From NCBI GenBank assembly GCA_017962315.1, contig JAGCVN010000106.1, forward strand, positions 1-63,099: a stretch of 63,099 nt of DNA, given 5' to 3'. The translations under genes were made by a program, and so were the position numbers. The DNA is from Kiritimatiellia bacterium. GTDB taxonomy: Bacteria > Verrucomicrobiota > Kiritimatiellia > RFP12 > UBA1067. The notes under the pieces are model-generated. The model had not been told where the DNA came from and ran no database searches. It worked only from the letters and a program-made list of their open reading frames with translations. Shown here piece by piece: positions 38,901 through 47,865 of this stretch (within the stretch, counting starts at the first letter, position 1; the number at the start of each line of letters is the position of its first letter).

Positions 38901-39270
38901 GGCGACGGAACGGCGCGAAACGTCAGGAAAGGACGTGTGGGTCGTCCTCGAATACGCGGAGCCCGTCGCGGTAACGCGGTACGAATGGTACACCGCCGAC
39001 GACACGTCTCGCTACGGGGAACGTAATCCCGTCGCATGGCGTTTACAGGGCTCGAACGACGGCAAGTCGTGGAATGATCTCGACGTCGTGGCGTGCGCCA
39101 GGCCACACACCTTCGACAAGACGCTTGCGTATTCACGCAGGTTGGATGTTCCCCGCGAGCTGCCGGAGAACGTCATCGTCTACCCGATGTCAATCGGCGA
39201 TGGACGTCGCCTTGTCTCCTACGACGTGAACGGCACGACCATCCACGAACTCATGCCCGCCGCAAAGTAG
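35968..39270 (+). CDS. Secreted GH38-like glycoside hydrolase with a C-terminal F5/8 (discoidin)-type module
   Basis: NHLDVGFT, QSDVP, WWEGPDGSR, GDNQGP, YSEHTWG, VFNPL, NNQWNTNF; ALDGN..TKW..GSNDGKSW. Confidence 0.75.
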   Translation: MMKRICHAAVAVCAAALSPVFAEGVSGTPIKEVILASKNHLDVGFTCTVPALMRRIRTSDAEGVLNLLDADRSKPEAQWIRWTLPAWSMDIMLDGTYAPERRARLEEAVRTRRLLCQAMPFTIEAEASDLEEMVRLLSYGSDISRRFGIDLPRHAKQSDVPEQAWAMPTVLAQAGVKFLHIGINQGCKQNGSLSKIPPLCWWEGPDGSRILLGYCPNYGEVRGSPKFTVPKGWKHRTYLAYYMRGDNQGPISTKDAEAVMANVRKAIPGVKVRFGDPGDFADAIIAEEKEKPRLPVIRGDMPDTWIHGQMTAPEETAIHRHAQTELITLGVLDTTLRALGIKTKPVSRVLDHGYRKSGLYSEHTWGLSCGRERKHFHDPDWRERYERGDFKYIDSAFEYHKDYARDAHRIAQDGIKERMTALARAVDVEGPRIVVFNPLPYARDAEVEVEMPKGYSLPGGVRDGGKVKFLAKGLPADGYKTFAVSRVENLEVLERLENLEVLDGQPMKFLHFTVRFNLEKGGIASLVENATGRELVKQGGHALGQFLHERFSLNEVKRFVYSYNRGPQRRLDFDFGKGGMPDTNKITYAAMTPKNWTAKHVRTALGEEVTLTAGDTLGLAKGFEIRFSFPDHAACVDISWRVTDKTPDPTPEGGWICLPFNVSAPSFRVGRIGGTINPAKDIIFFSNRNLMCVDRAITVRNGATGAGMGVASADLPLWSLGKPGLWRYEPDYVPTEPEVFANLYNNQWNTNFPFWIPGSWTASLRVYPVAEGADEEQAMFTPAWEIRQPCVAAFAEGSDLATKVAKDGGDGVAVSRRGVRVTAFCPNPDGRGTVLRVWEQAGTGGAITVTLSKGMKATEARPVNLRGERAGDPIPIRDGKFSFDLGAWAPKSFILFGAAEEACGAAAYRFYRFAADLTGGGGLQISELKLYSGVDDITQRCSAVRYEEATFASQFKKGFNPLKALDGNLGTKWYDDRAATERRETSGKDVWVVLEYAEPVAVTRYEWYTADDTSRYGERNPVAWRLQGSNDGKSWNDLDVVACARPHTFDKTLAYSRRLDVPRELPENVIVYPMSIGDGRRLVSYDVNGTTIHELMPAAK
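37418..37476 (+). repeat. In-frame 9-bp-periodic TAGAA repeat element
   Basis: TTAGCCGCG followed by TAGA(A) at 37427, 37436, 37445, 37454, 37463 and 37472; AT-rich patch in a GC-rich gene. Confidence 0.8.
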
Positions 39271-39314
39271 TATCCCCTAAAGCGGAAAAAGAAATGTACT
39301 CCGTCCGTGACGTG

Positions 39315-39344
39315 TTGACTTGCAAGGACGTGAAATGTTATAAT
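39315..39344 (+). promoter_or_regulatory. Sigma-70-type promoter
   Basis: TTGACT-18-TATAAT with extended -10 TG. Confidence 0.6.
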
Positions 39345-39373
39345 TCCCACGTTTTCGTCCCTTGGGGGGCTGT

Positions 39374-39853
39374 ATGTTTGTTGGAAGAAACGAGTATATG
39401 GGTAATCTAGCTTCGTTGTGGCAGAAACCGACATCGTCGCTTGTCGTCTGTCGAGAGCATCACCGCATTGGGAAAAGTACGCAGATTCCCGGATTTGTTT
39501 TCAAGAACCTCACCGTCAACAACTGGCCTGAGATTCTGTTCTGGACCGACACCGTTGAGACGGCCGCCCCCTGCAGGCATACGTCGTCGGACAGAAGGAA
39601 GGGTGCGCAGATCAACCTGCTCGCGCAGACACCGCGCACGGTGTATGTCGAGGAGATCACGCGGAAGAAGGTCATCGAAATGGATGAGGTGGACGAGGTG
39701 GATGAGAAGGTCAGGTGCCTGAAGTTACGCAGGGGGATTAACGAATGCTCTGCGCTGATTTACGATGGAGAGCTTGTCCCACGGCTCGCAGACTGTGGAT
39801 GTTTCGCTGCCACGCTCGATGCGGCGACACACATCACAGGGAGGCGGGGATGA
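39374..39853 (+). pseudogene. Internally deleted AAA ATPase remnant, still one open frame
   Basis: MFVGRNE..VVCREHHRIGKST (decayed Walker A) fused to C-terminal KGAQINLL.QT..VYVEEI..ALIYDGEL; stop overlaps the next start (ATGA). Confidence 0.7.
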
Positions 39854-42800
39854 TGAGCGGAATTGTCGCAAAGTTTACGGTGGCGGTTTCGGTTGCGACG
39901 GCGGCCCAGGCTGCGGAGTTTCCGAATCCGGCGGTGTTCAACCCGACGTGGGAGAGCGCAAAGCCGGGTACGTCGTACAGCACCGATCTCCCGACGGCCG
40001 CGCTCCTCGGCAACGGTTCGCTTGGCGCGGTGAACGGCGGCGACGGCAACCACAAGAAGTTCGTGCTGACACGCGGCGATCTCTGGAGCTGCGGAGACTT
40101 CACGTACGGCAAGAAGGAACACAACATCGGCCCGATCTCATTCGCCGACCTCATCGTCGCTCCAGGGCTGAAGACGGTCTCGTCGACCGACACGCTCGAC
40201 CTGCCCACGGCGACGCTCGTCACCGAAGGCAGGTTCGGAAAGGGCAAGGTGAGGCTTGAAAGCTATGTGGCGGCAGATGAAGACCTGCTCGTCATTTCAG
40301 GCGTGTCGGATGTTGACGACACATGGATCCTCCGCATCGTCGCGCACAACCAGAAGAAGTCGTTTCCGGTGGAGGCGGGTATCTCCGACGATGGCTTCTG
40401 GGTGAAGCGTTCCACGTTGAACCTGCTGCCCAAGGATGATCCTCGCGGCTGGACGACGAACGCAACTGCCGCCGTGAGTACACTTGGCGTTGAACTTTCT
40501 GCGCTCTCGATCACCAACGGAATCGAAGCGCGGGCCAGTGCGTCAATCCACGCGAACAAGCCTTTTGCGTTCATCGTCTCCACCAATCCCGACCGACGCT
40601 TCACGTGGGAGGAACTTGCCAAGATCAAGGCGGCGCATGTCGCGTGGTGGAAGGAGTGGTGGAACCGCAGCCGCGTCACGACAGGCGACGTGGAGCTCGA
40701 CCGCTTCTACCACGGACAGGTCTATCTGCTCGGCGCGGGCGTGCGGTCCGGCAAGTTCCCGCCCGGACTCTACGGCCTCTGGGTGACGCGCGACGATCCG
40801 AAGTGGCACAATGACTTTCACCTGAACTACAACTATGTTTCCACCTACTACGGATGCTTTGCCGCGAACCGGTGCGAGGTCGCCGACACGATGCCCGACC
40901 CGCTGATAGCCTATCTGCCTCAGGCAATTCGCAACGCCAAGGAAAAGATTCAGGCACTTGACCATTTCCATAAGGTGTTCTACAAAAAGAGTCGGCAATA
41001 CCTTGACCGCCGCACCGATCTCGCGAACGGCATTGACGACGCCGCGCTCTATCCCGTGGCGATGGGGCCGTGGGGAGCAAGCGCCGAAGGCGACACGAGC
41101 CATCTGGGCCAGGTCTCGGACGGCGCGTTCCAGTGCGCCGTGATGTGTACGCACTGGGAGTACACGCTCGACCGCGCCTACCTCAAGAAGGTGTGGCCGA
41201 TTCTCGACAAGACGGCGAACTTCTTCCTCAAGTGGTGCGAGAAGGAGACGACGCCGGATGGCGGCTACCGCTACAACGTGTGGGACTCGCATTGGGAAAG
41301 CAGTCAACTTGAGAAGAACAGCGCGTCCGCGCTTGGCTTTCTGAAGCATCTTTTCGAGACGCTCGTCGACGTGGCGCCGGTCCTGCGCGAAATGGGGATC
41401 AAAGTGCCGGAGGCGAAGCTCGCCGCATGGAAGGATCTCCGCGACCACCTTGCCGCCCAGCCGGTAAACGCGATGCCCGTGAACGGAAAGAACGTGCGCA
41501 TGTACACCAGCACCGAGACGAACGTCAAATGGCCCACGAAGCCCGGCGGCGGCGTCATCTTCCTCGAGAACGTGATACCCGGAGAGAACTATGCGTTCGA
41601 CATCACGGACGAGACGCGCATGCTTGCCACGAACGGGATAAACGGCGTGATCGCCACGTGTTCGCCGAAGAAGGTTTGCGGAAACATCAACCAGACTCCG
41701 AAGCTGTATTCAATCGCGGCCCGCGTGGGCTATCCGGCGTCTGCGCTGATCGACATGTTCAAGAAATACCAGCTGCGTCCTCTCATGCAGAAGAACTTCC
41801 ACCTCCACGACGGCGTACACGGCATGGAGAAGCTCGGCGCGATGGAGTTCATCCAGTCGATGCTCATCCAGTGCGACCACGGCTTCGTGAAGGTGTTTCC
41901 CAACTGGACGGGCGCGGACGCGAAGTTCGAGAACCTGCGCGCGAAGGGGTGCTTCCTCGTCTCCGCCGAGATGAGGGGCGGCAAGATCGTGCGCGTGGAG
42001 GTAAAGTCCGAGAAGGGCGGCCGGTTCCGCCTCGTCGATCCAACGGGCGGGACGTCTGTGTCGTCCGGCTGGGCGCGCGGCAGGACGCGCAACAGTTGCG
42101 AATCGACGCTCGAACGCGACTTCAAGCCGGGTGAAACCGCCATGCTTCCCATTTTGGCGGGGATTGACGATCCGGCGAAGCCCTGGAGTTACTTCGTGCA
42201 TCCAATCACCTGTATCGGGATGCCGCTGCAGACGGCCAGGATTGGCATCCAAGTGACGCCGGAGGGAACGGTCTTCACCGGCGAACACGAACTTGCGCTG
42301 TTTTTCGGCGACGAACACAAGCCGCTTGCGTGTCGGCAACGGCGATTCGTGGATGATATGCCGATCGTTGAGGACGAATGGCGCGACGGCGATTTCCATT
42401 ACCGCTGGATGCTCTTCGGCGCGACGTTGCCGTGCGATGCGAGGAACGACAACACCGCCGTCTTCGCACGGCTGGAGGTGTGCAATGTCGGCGCGGAAAC
42501 GGCGCCAGCGAAGATCTGGGCGAGCATGAAGGCGAGCGGCGGGTACCGTCGCGAGGGACGTGCGCCGTTCAAGGCCGCTTGGCGCTACAAGTTCAGCGGC
42601 GACGAGCTATGGCGCGGGGACGCGGGGCGCGAGGGCTTGCAGGTGATCTATCCGGCGGGCGCGTCGGCGAAATTCGCGGCACGGGGCGCACCGTACGAGA
42701 AGCCGTTTACGGCGGATGAAATCGGCATCGGAGCAAATACCGACGCGGGCATCGTGCTTTACCAGCCGAACCTGAGGCCGGGCGAAGCGCGGCGTTTCGT

Positions 42801-44955
42801 CTTCAAGCTGCCCCGTGCGCCCACGGCGGACGCCACGTATCTTGCCCAGCTGCGCAACGCGGATTTTGAGGCCGAACTGAAGCGGACGCGGGAGTACTGG
42901 AGGAAGCTCCTCTATTCAAAGAGCGAAATCCTCACGCCAGGCGAGCCGCGTGTGGCGTCCATCCATCGCCAGACCGCCGCACACGTGCTGATCGCCAGCC
43001 GCAACTACGGCGGCAAGCCGCAACAGACGGATGCGCTGCCGTATGCGTCGTGCTTCCTCACCACGCAGTACGACTACCAGCAGCTCTACCGCGATTTCGG
43101 GTGGCTGGAGATGTTCGCCGCCTATCTCGACCGGTTCACCGAACGGCAGAAGCCGGACGGCCTCTTCGTGGACAGTTCCCTCTCCCACGGACAGAACATC
43201 TTCTGCGGACACGGTCAGCCCATGGCGGCCATCTGCAACACCGTGGTGGATCTGGGCGACCGGGCGCTTGGCGAGAAGTACTACCCCGCGATCGTGCGCG
43301 CGGTGGATTGTATCCGCCACGATTCCGACACGCAGCCGCACGGGCTGATGCGTCCGTCGATCCCCTACGACAACGAGATGATCAAGGGACAGTACACCAG
43401 CCACAACTACTGGTCGATCATCGGCTTGCGCACTGCGATACGTCTCGCCGACTTCCTCGGACGGCGCGGCGACGCGGAGGCGTGGCGGGCGTTCCTCGCG
43501 AAGTACCAGTCACTCGTGCAGAAGGCGGTACGCGAGTCCGCCGCGCCCGACGGCTATGTGCCCACGGGACTCTACGGTTTCATCACGGGACATGCGGCGC
43601 GGAAGGGCTTCGACGAGTTCCGCACCGACCAGGACTGGGAGAATGAAATGCTGCTGTGGCCCACGGAGCTTGTCCAGCCCGGCGATCCGTTGGTGGCGGG
43701 CACGCTCAAACGTCTACACGAGACCAAGTACCGCGAAGGTATCATGAGCTACCGCAACGGACAACACCTTCACCAGTACATGACCTGCCGGGCCGCAAAC
43801 CAGTCCATCGCGGAAGGCGACGTGCGGAACGCACTCATCGACTACTACCACTGCATCATCCATTCGGGTCCGGCGGGCGAGTGCTTCGAGAACATGATCG
43901 AGCCGTGGAACAAACGCGACGTCGAGTTCTGTCCGCCGCCGCACGCCTGGGGCAACGCCAACTGCAACACCCTCGTGCGGAACCTCTTCCTTTTCGAGCG
44001 CAGCGACGACACGCTCTACGTGCTGCCCGCGCTCAGCCGTGCTTGGCTGAAGGACGGCGAACCCTGTGGCATTCTCCACGCACCGACGCAGTTCGGCGAG
44101 GTGTCCGTGACGATCGTGCCGGACGCCAACGGTGCCACGCTCAACCTTGACGCCCAATGGAAGCGTACCCCCAAACACGTCTATTTCCGCATTCCCTATT
44201 TCGTGAAAGGCTGGAAGGGGGAACATGTCGTGGAACTTTCGCCGGACGCGAAGAACCATCGGTTCGACTGGCGAATCGATGAAAACGCGGACCGCGGACT
44301 CTACGCCGAGATTCTGCGCCGCTACAGACGCGAGCCCGGTCACTGGAAGGGGAAACGCAGCGAAATGCCGCCGATTCCCGAAGCGAAGCTGACCCCGGAG
44401 GAGGAGCATACCGAGATTGAGCTTTCGTTCGCCGGCGTGCTCCAGGCGTGGCGGCACGAGTACGCGCTGCGTCGCGGGGCGCGTGGCGAACCAGAGTTCA
44501 AGCCCGTGAAGATGCAACTCCCGTCAAAGGCAAACCGTGCGCCGTATCCGGCGGGTAATTGTCTCTACCGCACGCAGACCACGTGTTCGCGCGGAGCAAA
44601 GCGACCTGAGGCGGCGGTGGACGGCTTTATGGGCGTGAAGGACTTCGGATACTTTGAATGTGACAAGGACGGCTGGTGGCAGGCAGACATGGGCAACGTG
44701 CGGGACATCAGCGAAATCACCGTTATCCCCTACTACCGCGACGCGAAGCGTCCGTACCGGTTTGTGGTCAAGACCTCGGTCGATGGTATCAGCTGGACGC
44801 TGCACATCGACAAGCGAGGCAACAACCAGCCGTTCGGTGCGTCGGGTCTGACCGAGAAGTTCCAGAACACGCCAATGCGTTACATCCGGGTGGAAAACGC
44901 CGGCGGAAATACCGTTAACCTTTCCCTGCATCTTGTCGAGGTGCTAGCGAAGTGA
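39850..44955 (+). CDS. Secreted multidomain glycosidase: GH95-like + second six-hairpin glycosidase + F5/8 (CBM32-like) domain
   Basis: Start at ATG 39850; LLGNGSLG, PPGLYGLW, WHNDFHLNYN, FENLRAKGCFLVSA (GH95-like); PPHAWG, APTQFGEVS; AVDG..WWQADMG..SVDGISW. Confidence 0.75.
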   Translation: MMSGIVAKFTVAVSVATAAQAAEFPNPAVFNPTWESAKPGTSYSTDLPTAALLGNGSLGAVNGGDGNHKKFVLTRGDLWSCGDFTYGKKEHNIGPISFADLIVAPGLKTVSSTDTLDLPTATLVTEGRFGKGKVRLESYVAADEDLLVISGVSDVDDTWILRIVAHNQKKSFPVEAGISDDGFWVKRSTLNLLPKDDPRGWTTNATAAVSTLGVELSALSITNGIEARASASIHANKPFAFIVSTNPDRRFTWEELAKIKAAHVAWWKEWWNRSRVTTGDVELDRFYHGQVYLLGAGVRSGKFPPGLYGLWVTRDDPKWHNDFHLNYNYVSTYYGCFAANRCEVADTMPDPLIAYLPQAIRNAKEKIQALDHFHKVFYKKSRQYLDRRTDLANGIDDAALYPVAMGPWGASAEGDTSHLGQVSDGAFQCAVMCTHWEYTLDRAYLKKVWPILDKTANFFLKWCEKETTPDGGYRYNVWDSHWESSQLEKNSASALGFLKHLFETLVDVAPVLREMGIKVPEAKLAAWKDLRDHLAAQPVNAMPVNGKNVRMYTSTETNVKWPTKPGGGVIFLENVIPGENYAFDITDETRMLATNGINGVIATCSPKKVCGNINQTPKLYSIAARVGYPASALIDMFKKYQLRPLMQKNFHLHDGVHGMEKLGAMEFIQSMLIQCDHGFVKVFPNWTGADAKFENLRAKGCFLVSAEMRGGKIVRVEVKSEKGGRFRLVDPTGGTSVSSGWARGRTRNSCESTLERDFKPGETAMLPILAGIDDPAKPWSYFVHPITCIGMPLQTARIGIQVTPEGTVFTGEHELALFFGDEHKPLACRQRRFVDDMPIVEDEWRDGDFHYRWMLFGATLPCDARNDNTAVFARLEVCNVGAETAPAKIWASMKASGGYRREGRAPFKAAWRYKFSGDELWRGDAGREGLQVIYPAGASAKFAARGAPYEKPFTADEIGIGANTDAGIVLYQPNLRPGEARRFVFKLPRAPTADATYLAQLRNADFEAELKRTREYWRKLLYSKSEILTPGEPRVASIHRQTAAHVLIASRNYGGKPQQTDALPYASCFLTTQYDYQQLYRDFGWLEMFAAYLDRFTERQKPDGLFVDSSLSHGQNIFCGHGQPMAAICNTVVDLGDRALGEKYYPAIVRAVDCIRHDSDTQPHGLMRPSIPYDNEMIKGQYTSHNYWSIIGLRTAIRLADFLGRRGDAEAWRAFLAKYQSLVQKAVRESAAPDGYVPTGLYGFITGHAARKGFDEFRTDQDWENEMLLWPTELVQPGDPLVAGTLKRLHETKYREGIMSYRNGQHLHQYMTCRAANQSIAEGDVRNALIDYYHCIIHSGPAGECFENMIEPWNKRDVEFCPPPHAWGNANCNTLVRNLFLFERSDDTLYVLPALSRAWLKDGEPCGILHAPTQFGEVSVTIVPDANGATLNLDAQWKRTPKHVYFRIPYFVKGWKGEHVVELSPDAKNHRFDWRIDENADRGLYAEILRRYRREPGHWKGKRSEMPPIPEAKLTPEEEHTEIELSFAGVLQAWRHEYALRRGARGEPEFKPVKMQLPSKANRAPYPAGNCLYRTQTTCSRGAKRPEAAVDGFMGVKDFGYFECDKDGWWQADMGNVRDISEITVIPYYRDAKRPYRFVVKTSVDGISWTLHIDKRGNNQPFGASGLTEKFQNTPMRYIRVENAGGNTVNLSLHLVEVLAK

Positions 44956-44976
44956 ACACAAAAAGGAGTAAATCAA

Positions 44977-45954
44977 ATGAAGTTTCTACCTGTTCTTTCT
45001 TTCCCGATCGCGAGAAAGCTCGGCCATTCCGTGGGCGAGTTCGTGAAATCCGCCGATTTCCAGGCCGAGACGATGGCATGGATCGCGCGGAACACGCCCG
45101 TTGACGCAGTACTCGGACCGATGGATCTCTCCGTCGAAGCCGAGGCGTTCGGTGCCAACGTGCGTTTCAGCGATCATGAAGTGCCTGTCGTGACGGGGCA
45201 GCTCGTCGAGGACGAAGACGCGGTCGCAGAACTTGCGATTCCGGCGGCAGATGCCGGACGCTGCTCCATGACCGTCAGTGCCGTCGCAAAGGTAAAGGCG
45301 ATGGATGTCGGGAAACCCGTCTTTGGCGGAATGATCGGCCCCTTCTCGCTTGCAGGTAGGCTCGCGGACGTAAACGAAATGATGTTCCTTCTCATGGACG
45401 AGCCGGAGACTGTCCACGCGCTTCTTGAAAAGACGACTTCGTTCCTCTCTTCCTACGCCAAGGCGTTCAAGGCTGCGGGGGCAGACGGCGTATTCATGGC
45501 CGAGCCGCTTGCGGGCGTGATCTCGCCGGCCGCGCTTGAAGAGTTCTCCGCGCCGTATGTGCGGCGTCTCGTCGAGGGTGTCCAGGACGCCACCTTCCCT
45601 CTTGTTTACCACAACTGCGGAAACAGCGTCGTGAAGGCGGCAGATGCGATCTTCGCGCAGGGGGCGTCAGGATGCCACTTCGGCAACGCCATCGATCTTT
45701 CGGAAATGCTCGCAAAGGCGCCGTCCGGGACGCTTGTGATGGGCAACGTCGATCCCGTTTCCGTTCTCGCACAAGGCACCCCAAGCACCATCCGCGAAGC
45801 GGTGGACGCACTCGTCGCGAAATGCGGATCGTACCCGAACTTCGTGATCTCTTCCGGGTGTGACATCCCCGCCACGACGCCGTGGGAAAACGTGGAGGCG
45901 TTTTGCGAGGCGGCCCGCCACTCGATGCCGGAGGCTATCGATCGCAATCAATAA
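44977..45954 (+). CDS. Uroporphyrinogen decarboxylase / MtaA-CmuA methyltransferase family protein
   Basis: MDLSVEAEAFG, GPFSLAG, AEPLAG, HNCG, MGNVDP, SSGCDIP; AAGGAG RBS. Confidence 0.88.
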   Translation: MKFLPVLSFPIARKLGHSVGEFVKSADFQAETMAWIARNTPVDAVLGPMDLSVEAEAFGANVRFSDHEVPVVTGQLVEDEDAVAELAIPAADAGRCSMTVSAVAKVKAMDVGKPVFGGMIGPFSLAGRLADVNEMMFLLMDEPETVHALLEKTTSFLSSYAKAFKAAGADGVFMAEPLAGVISPAALEEFSAPYVRRLVEGVQDATFPLVYHNCGNSVVKAADAIFAQGASGCHFGNAIDLSEMLAKAPSGTLVMGNVDPVSVLAQGTPSTIREAVDALVAKCGSYPNFVISSGCDIPATTPWENVEAFCEAARHSMPEAIDRNQ

Positions 45955-46083
45955 CCTCCGATTGCAATCGATTCTCAGACGCGACATCTGCTAGAGGTAT
46001 TGCAACACGTCCGCATTTAATGCTTGGCAGAAGCTTTTCAATGACGGATAATAAGGTCTTTGTTTCAACAAAAAGGGAAAATC

Positions 46084-47844
46084 ATGGCGAACACAAGCAT
46101 GGATGTTATTTCGTCGCTCTGTAAGCGGCGCGGGTTTATCTACCACAGTTCCGAAATCTACGGCGGAATCAACGGGTTCTGGGATTACGGTCCGTTCGGT
46201 TGCGAGATGAAACGCAACATCAAGAACGCCTGGTGGGAATTCACCGTGCGTACGCGAGAAGATGTCGTCGGACTGGACGCGACGATCATCATGCATCCCT
46301 CGATCTGGAAAGCTTCCGGCCATCTCTCCACCTTTTCCGACCCGATGTGTACCTGCCGTTCTTGCAAAAAACTGATGCGCGCAGACCAGGTCGCCGACAT
46401 TTTCACTGACGGCGAGTGCGGGAAATCGCTCGCAGAGGTCGTCAAGGACGGTGTCGACGCCGCAAAGGTCGCGGGCTGGTGCAAGGGCAAGGCGAAGGGT
46501 ATCGCGAAGACGCTCGCAGCCGTCGCGGATGCCGACAAGCTGACCGCCGCGTTCAACGCGATGAAGGCGGATCCCGCAAAGTACGCCGACCTTTACGCAC
46601 TCTACACGCTGCTTGCCGCGCCTGAGACCGAAGGCTATCGTGCCTGTCCGTACTGCGGCGGCGAGCTGACCGAGCCGCGTCCGTTCAACCTGATGTTCAA
46701 AACGGTCGTCGGGCCGGTGGACGACCCCGACAACGTCGCCTACCTCCGTCCTGAAACGGCACAAGCGATTTTCGCAGAGTTCACCAACATCCTGAATTCC
46801 AGCCGCGTGAGCGTCCCGTTCGGAATCGCGCAGATGGGTAAGTCGTTCCGAAACGAGGTCACGCCTCGTAACTATACGTTCCGTTCGCGCGAGTTTGAGC
46901 AGATGGAGCTTGAGTTCTTCATCAAGCCGGACGAAGCGGTCGAGTTGGTCTGCGGACACGTCGTGACGATGAAGGACAACCCCGACCTTTCCACGCCGGC
47001 GAAGGATTGGGGCTGGGAGGTCTGGCACAAGTACTGGGTGGAACAGCGCAAGGCCTGGATCCACCGGTGCGGTCTTCCGGCCGCTTCGTTCACCGAGTAC
47101 TGGCAGAAGCCGGATGAACTGGCGCACTACGCCCGTGCCTGCGTGGACATCGAATACCAGTTCCCCTTCGGCCTCCAAGAACTGGAAGGGATCGCCGCGC
47201 GTTCGGACTACGACCTCACCCAGCACCAGATCCATTCCGGCCAGAGTATGGAGGTCTTCGACGCCGACGTGAAAGCGGCAGCAGCCGCGCTCGACGACGC
47301 GGCGAAAGCCGCGTTCACGGAGAAGGTTGTCGCCGACTGGACGGCGCGAGGGAAAGATCCCGAAAAGGCAAAGAAGTTCCTCGCCTCCCTTTTCGAGGGG
47401 CGTTACATCCCGCACGTCATCGAGCCTTCCGCCGGTGTTGACCGCATGATGCTCGCCTTGCTCTGCAACGCCTATGAGGAACAGAAGCTGACCGACAACA
47501 AGGGCAAGGACGACAGCCGCGTGGTCATGCATTTCAGCCCGGTCGTCGCACCTGTCAAAGTCGGAGTCTTCCCGATCGTCAAGAACAAGCCGGATGTCTA
47601 CGAAAAGGCCCGCGAAATCTACAAGGATCTCCGCAAGCGCGTCTCTGCGTTCTGGGACGAATCCGGGCAGATTGGGCGCCGTTACCGCCGACAGGATGAA
47701 ATCGGCACTCCCTGGTGTATCACGGTCGATTTCCAGACGCTGGAGGACGGCACGTTCACCGTGCGCGACCGCGACACCATGCAGCAAACCCGCATGACGC
47801 TTCCGGAATTCAAGGCGATGATGGAAGAAGCCCTGTTGATGTAG
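46084..47844 (+). CDS. glyQS: Glycine--tRNA ligase, alpha2 type
   Basis: LCKRRGF..SEIYGG, WKASGH, FNLMF, YLRPETAQ, GKSFRNE, REFEQMELE, ELEGIA.R, HVIEPSAG, IGRRYRRQDEIGTP. Confidence 0.96.
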   Translation: MANTSMDVISSLCKRRGFIYHSSEIYGGINGFWDYGPFGCEMKRNIKNAWWEFTVRTREDVVGLDATIIMHPSIWKASGHLSTFSDPMCTCRSCKKLMRADQVADIFTDGECGKSLAEVVKDGVDAAKVAGWCKGKAKGIAKTLAAVADADKLTAAFNAMKADPAKYADLYALYTLLAAPETEGYRACPYCGGELTEPRPFNLMFKTVVGPVDDPDNVAYLRPETAQAIFAEFTNILNSSRVSVPFGIAQMGKSFRNEVTPRNYTFRSREFEQMELEFFIKPDEAVELVCGHVVTMKDNPDLSTPAKDWGWEVWHKYWVEQRKAWIHRCGLPAASFTEYWQKPDELAHYARACVDIEYQFPFGLQELEGIAARSDYDLTQHQIHSGQSMEVFDADVKAAAAALDDAAKAAFTEKVVADWTARGKDPEKAKKFLASLFEGRYIPHVIEPSAGVDRMMLALLCNAYEEQKLTDNKGKDDSRVVMHFSPVVAPVKVGVFPIVKNKPDVYEKAREIYKDLRKRVSAFWDESGQIGRRYRRQDEIGTPWCITVDFQTLEDGTFTVRDRDTMQQTRMTLPEFKAMMEEALLM

Positions 47845-47865
47845 CCGCCACACGAAGGCTACACA

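Noticed and set aside
45938-45972. Inverted repeat ATCGATCGCAATC...GATTGCAATCGAT as a LacI-type operator or T-box leader for glyQS
   Set aside because: No T-box motif or U-tract, and the intergenic space is too short; function cannot be supported
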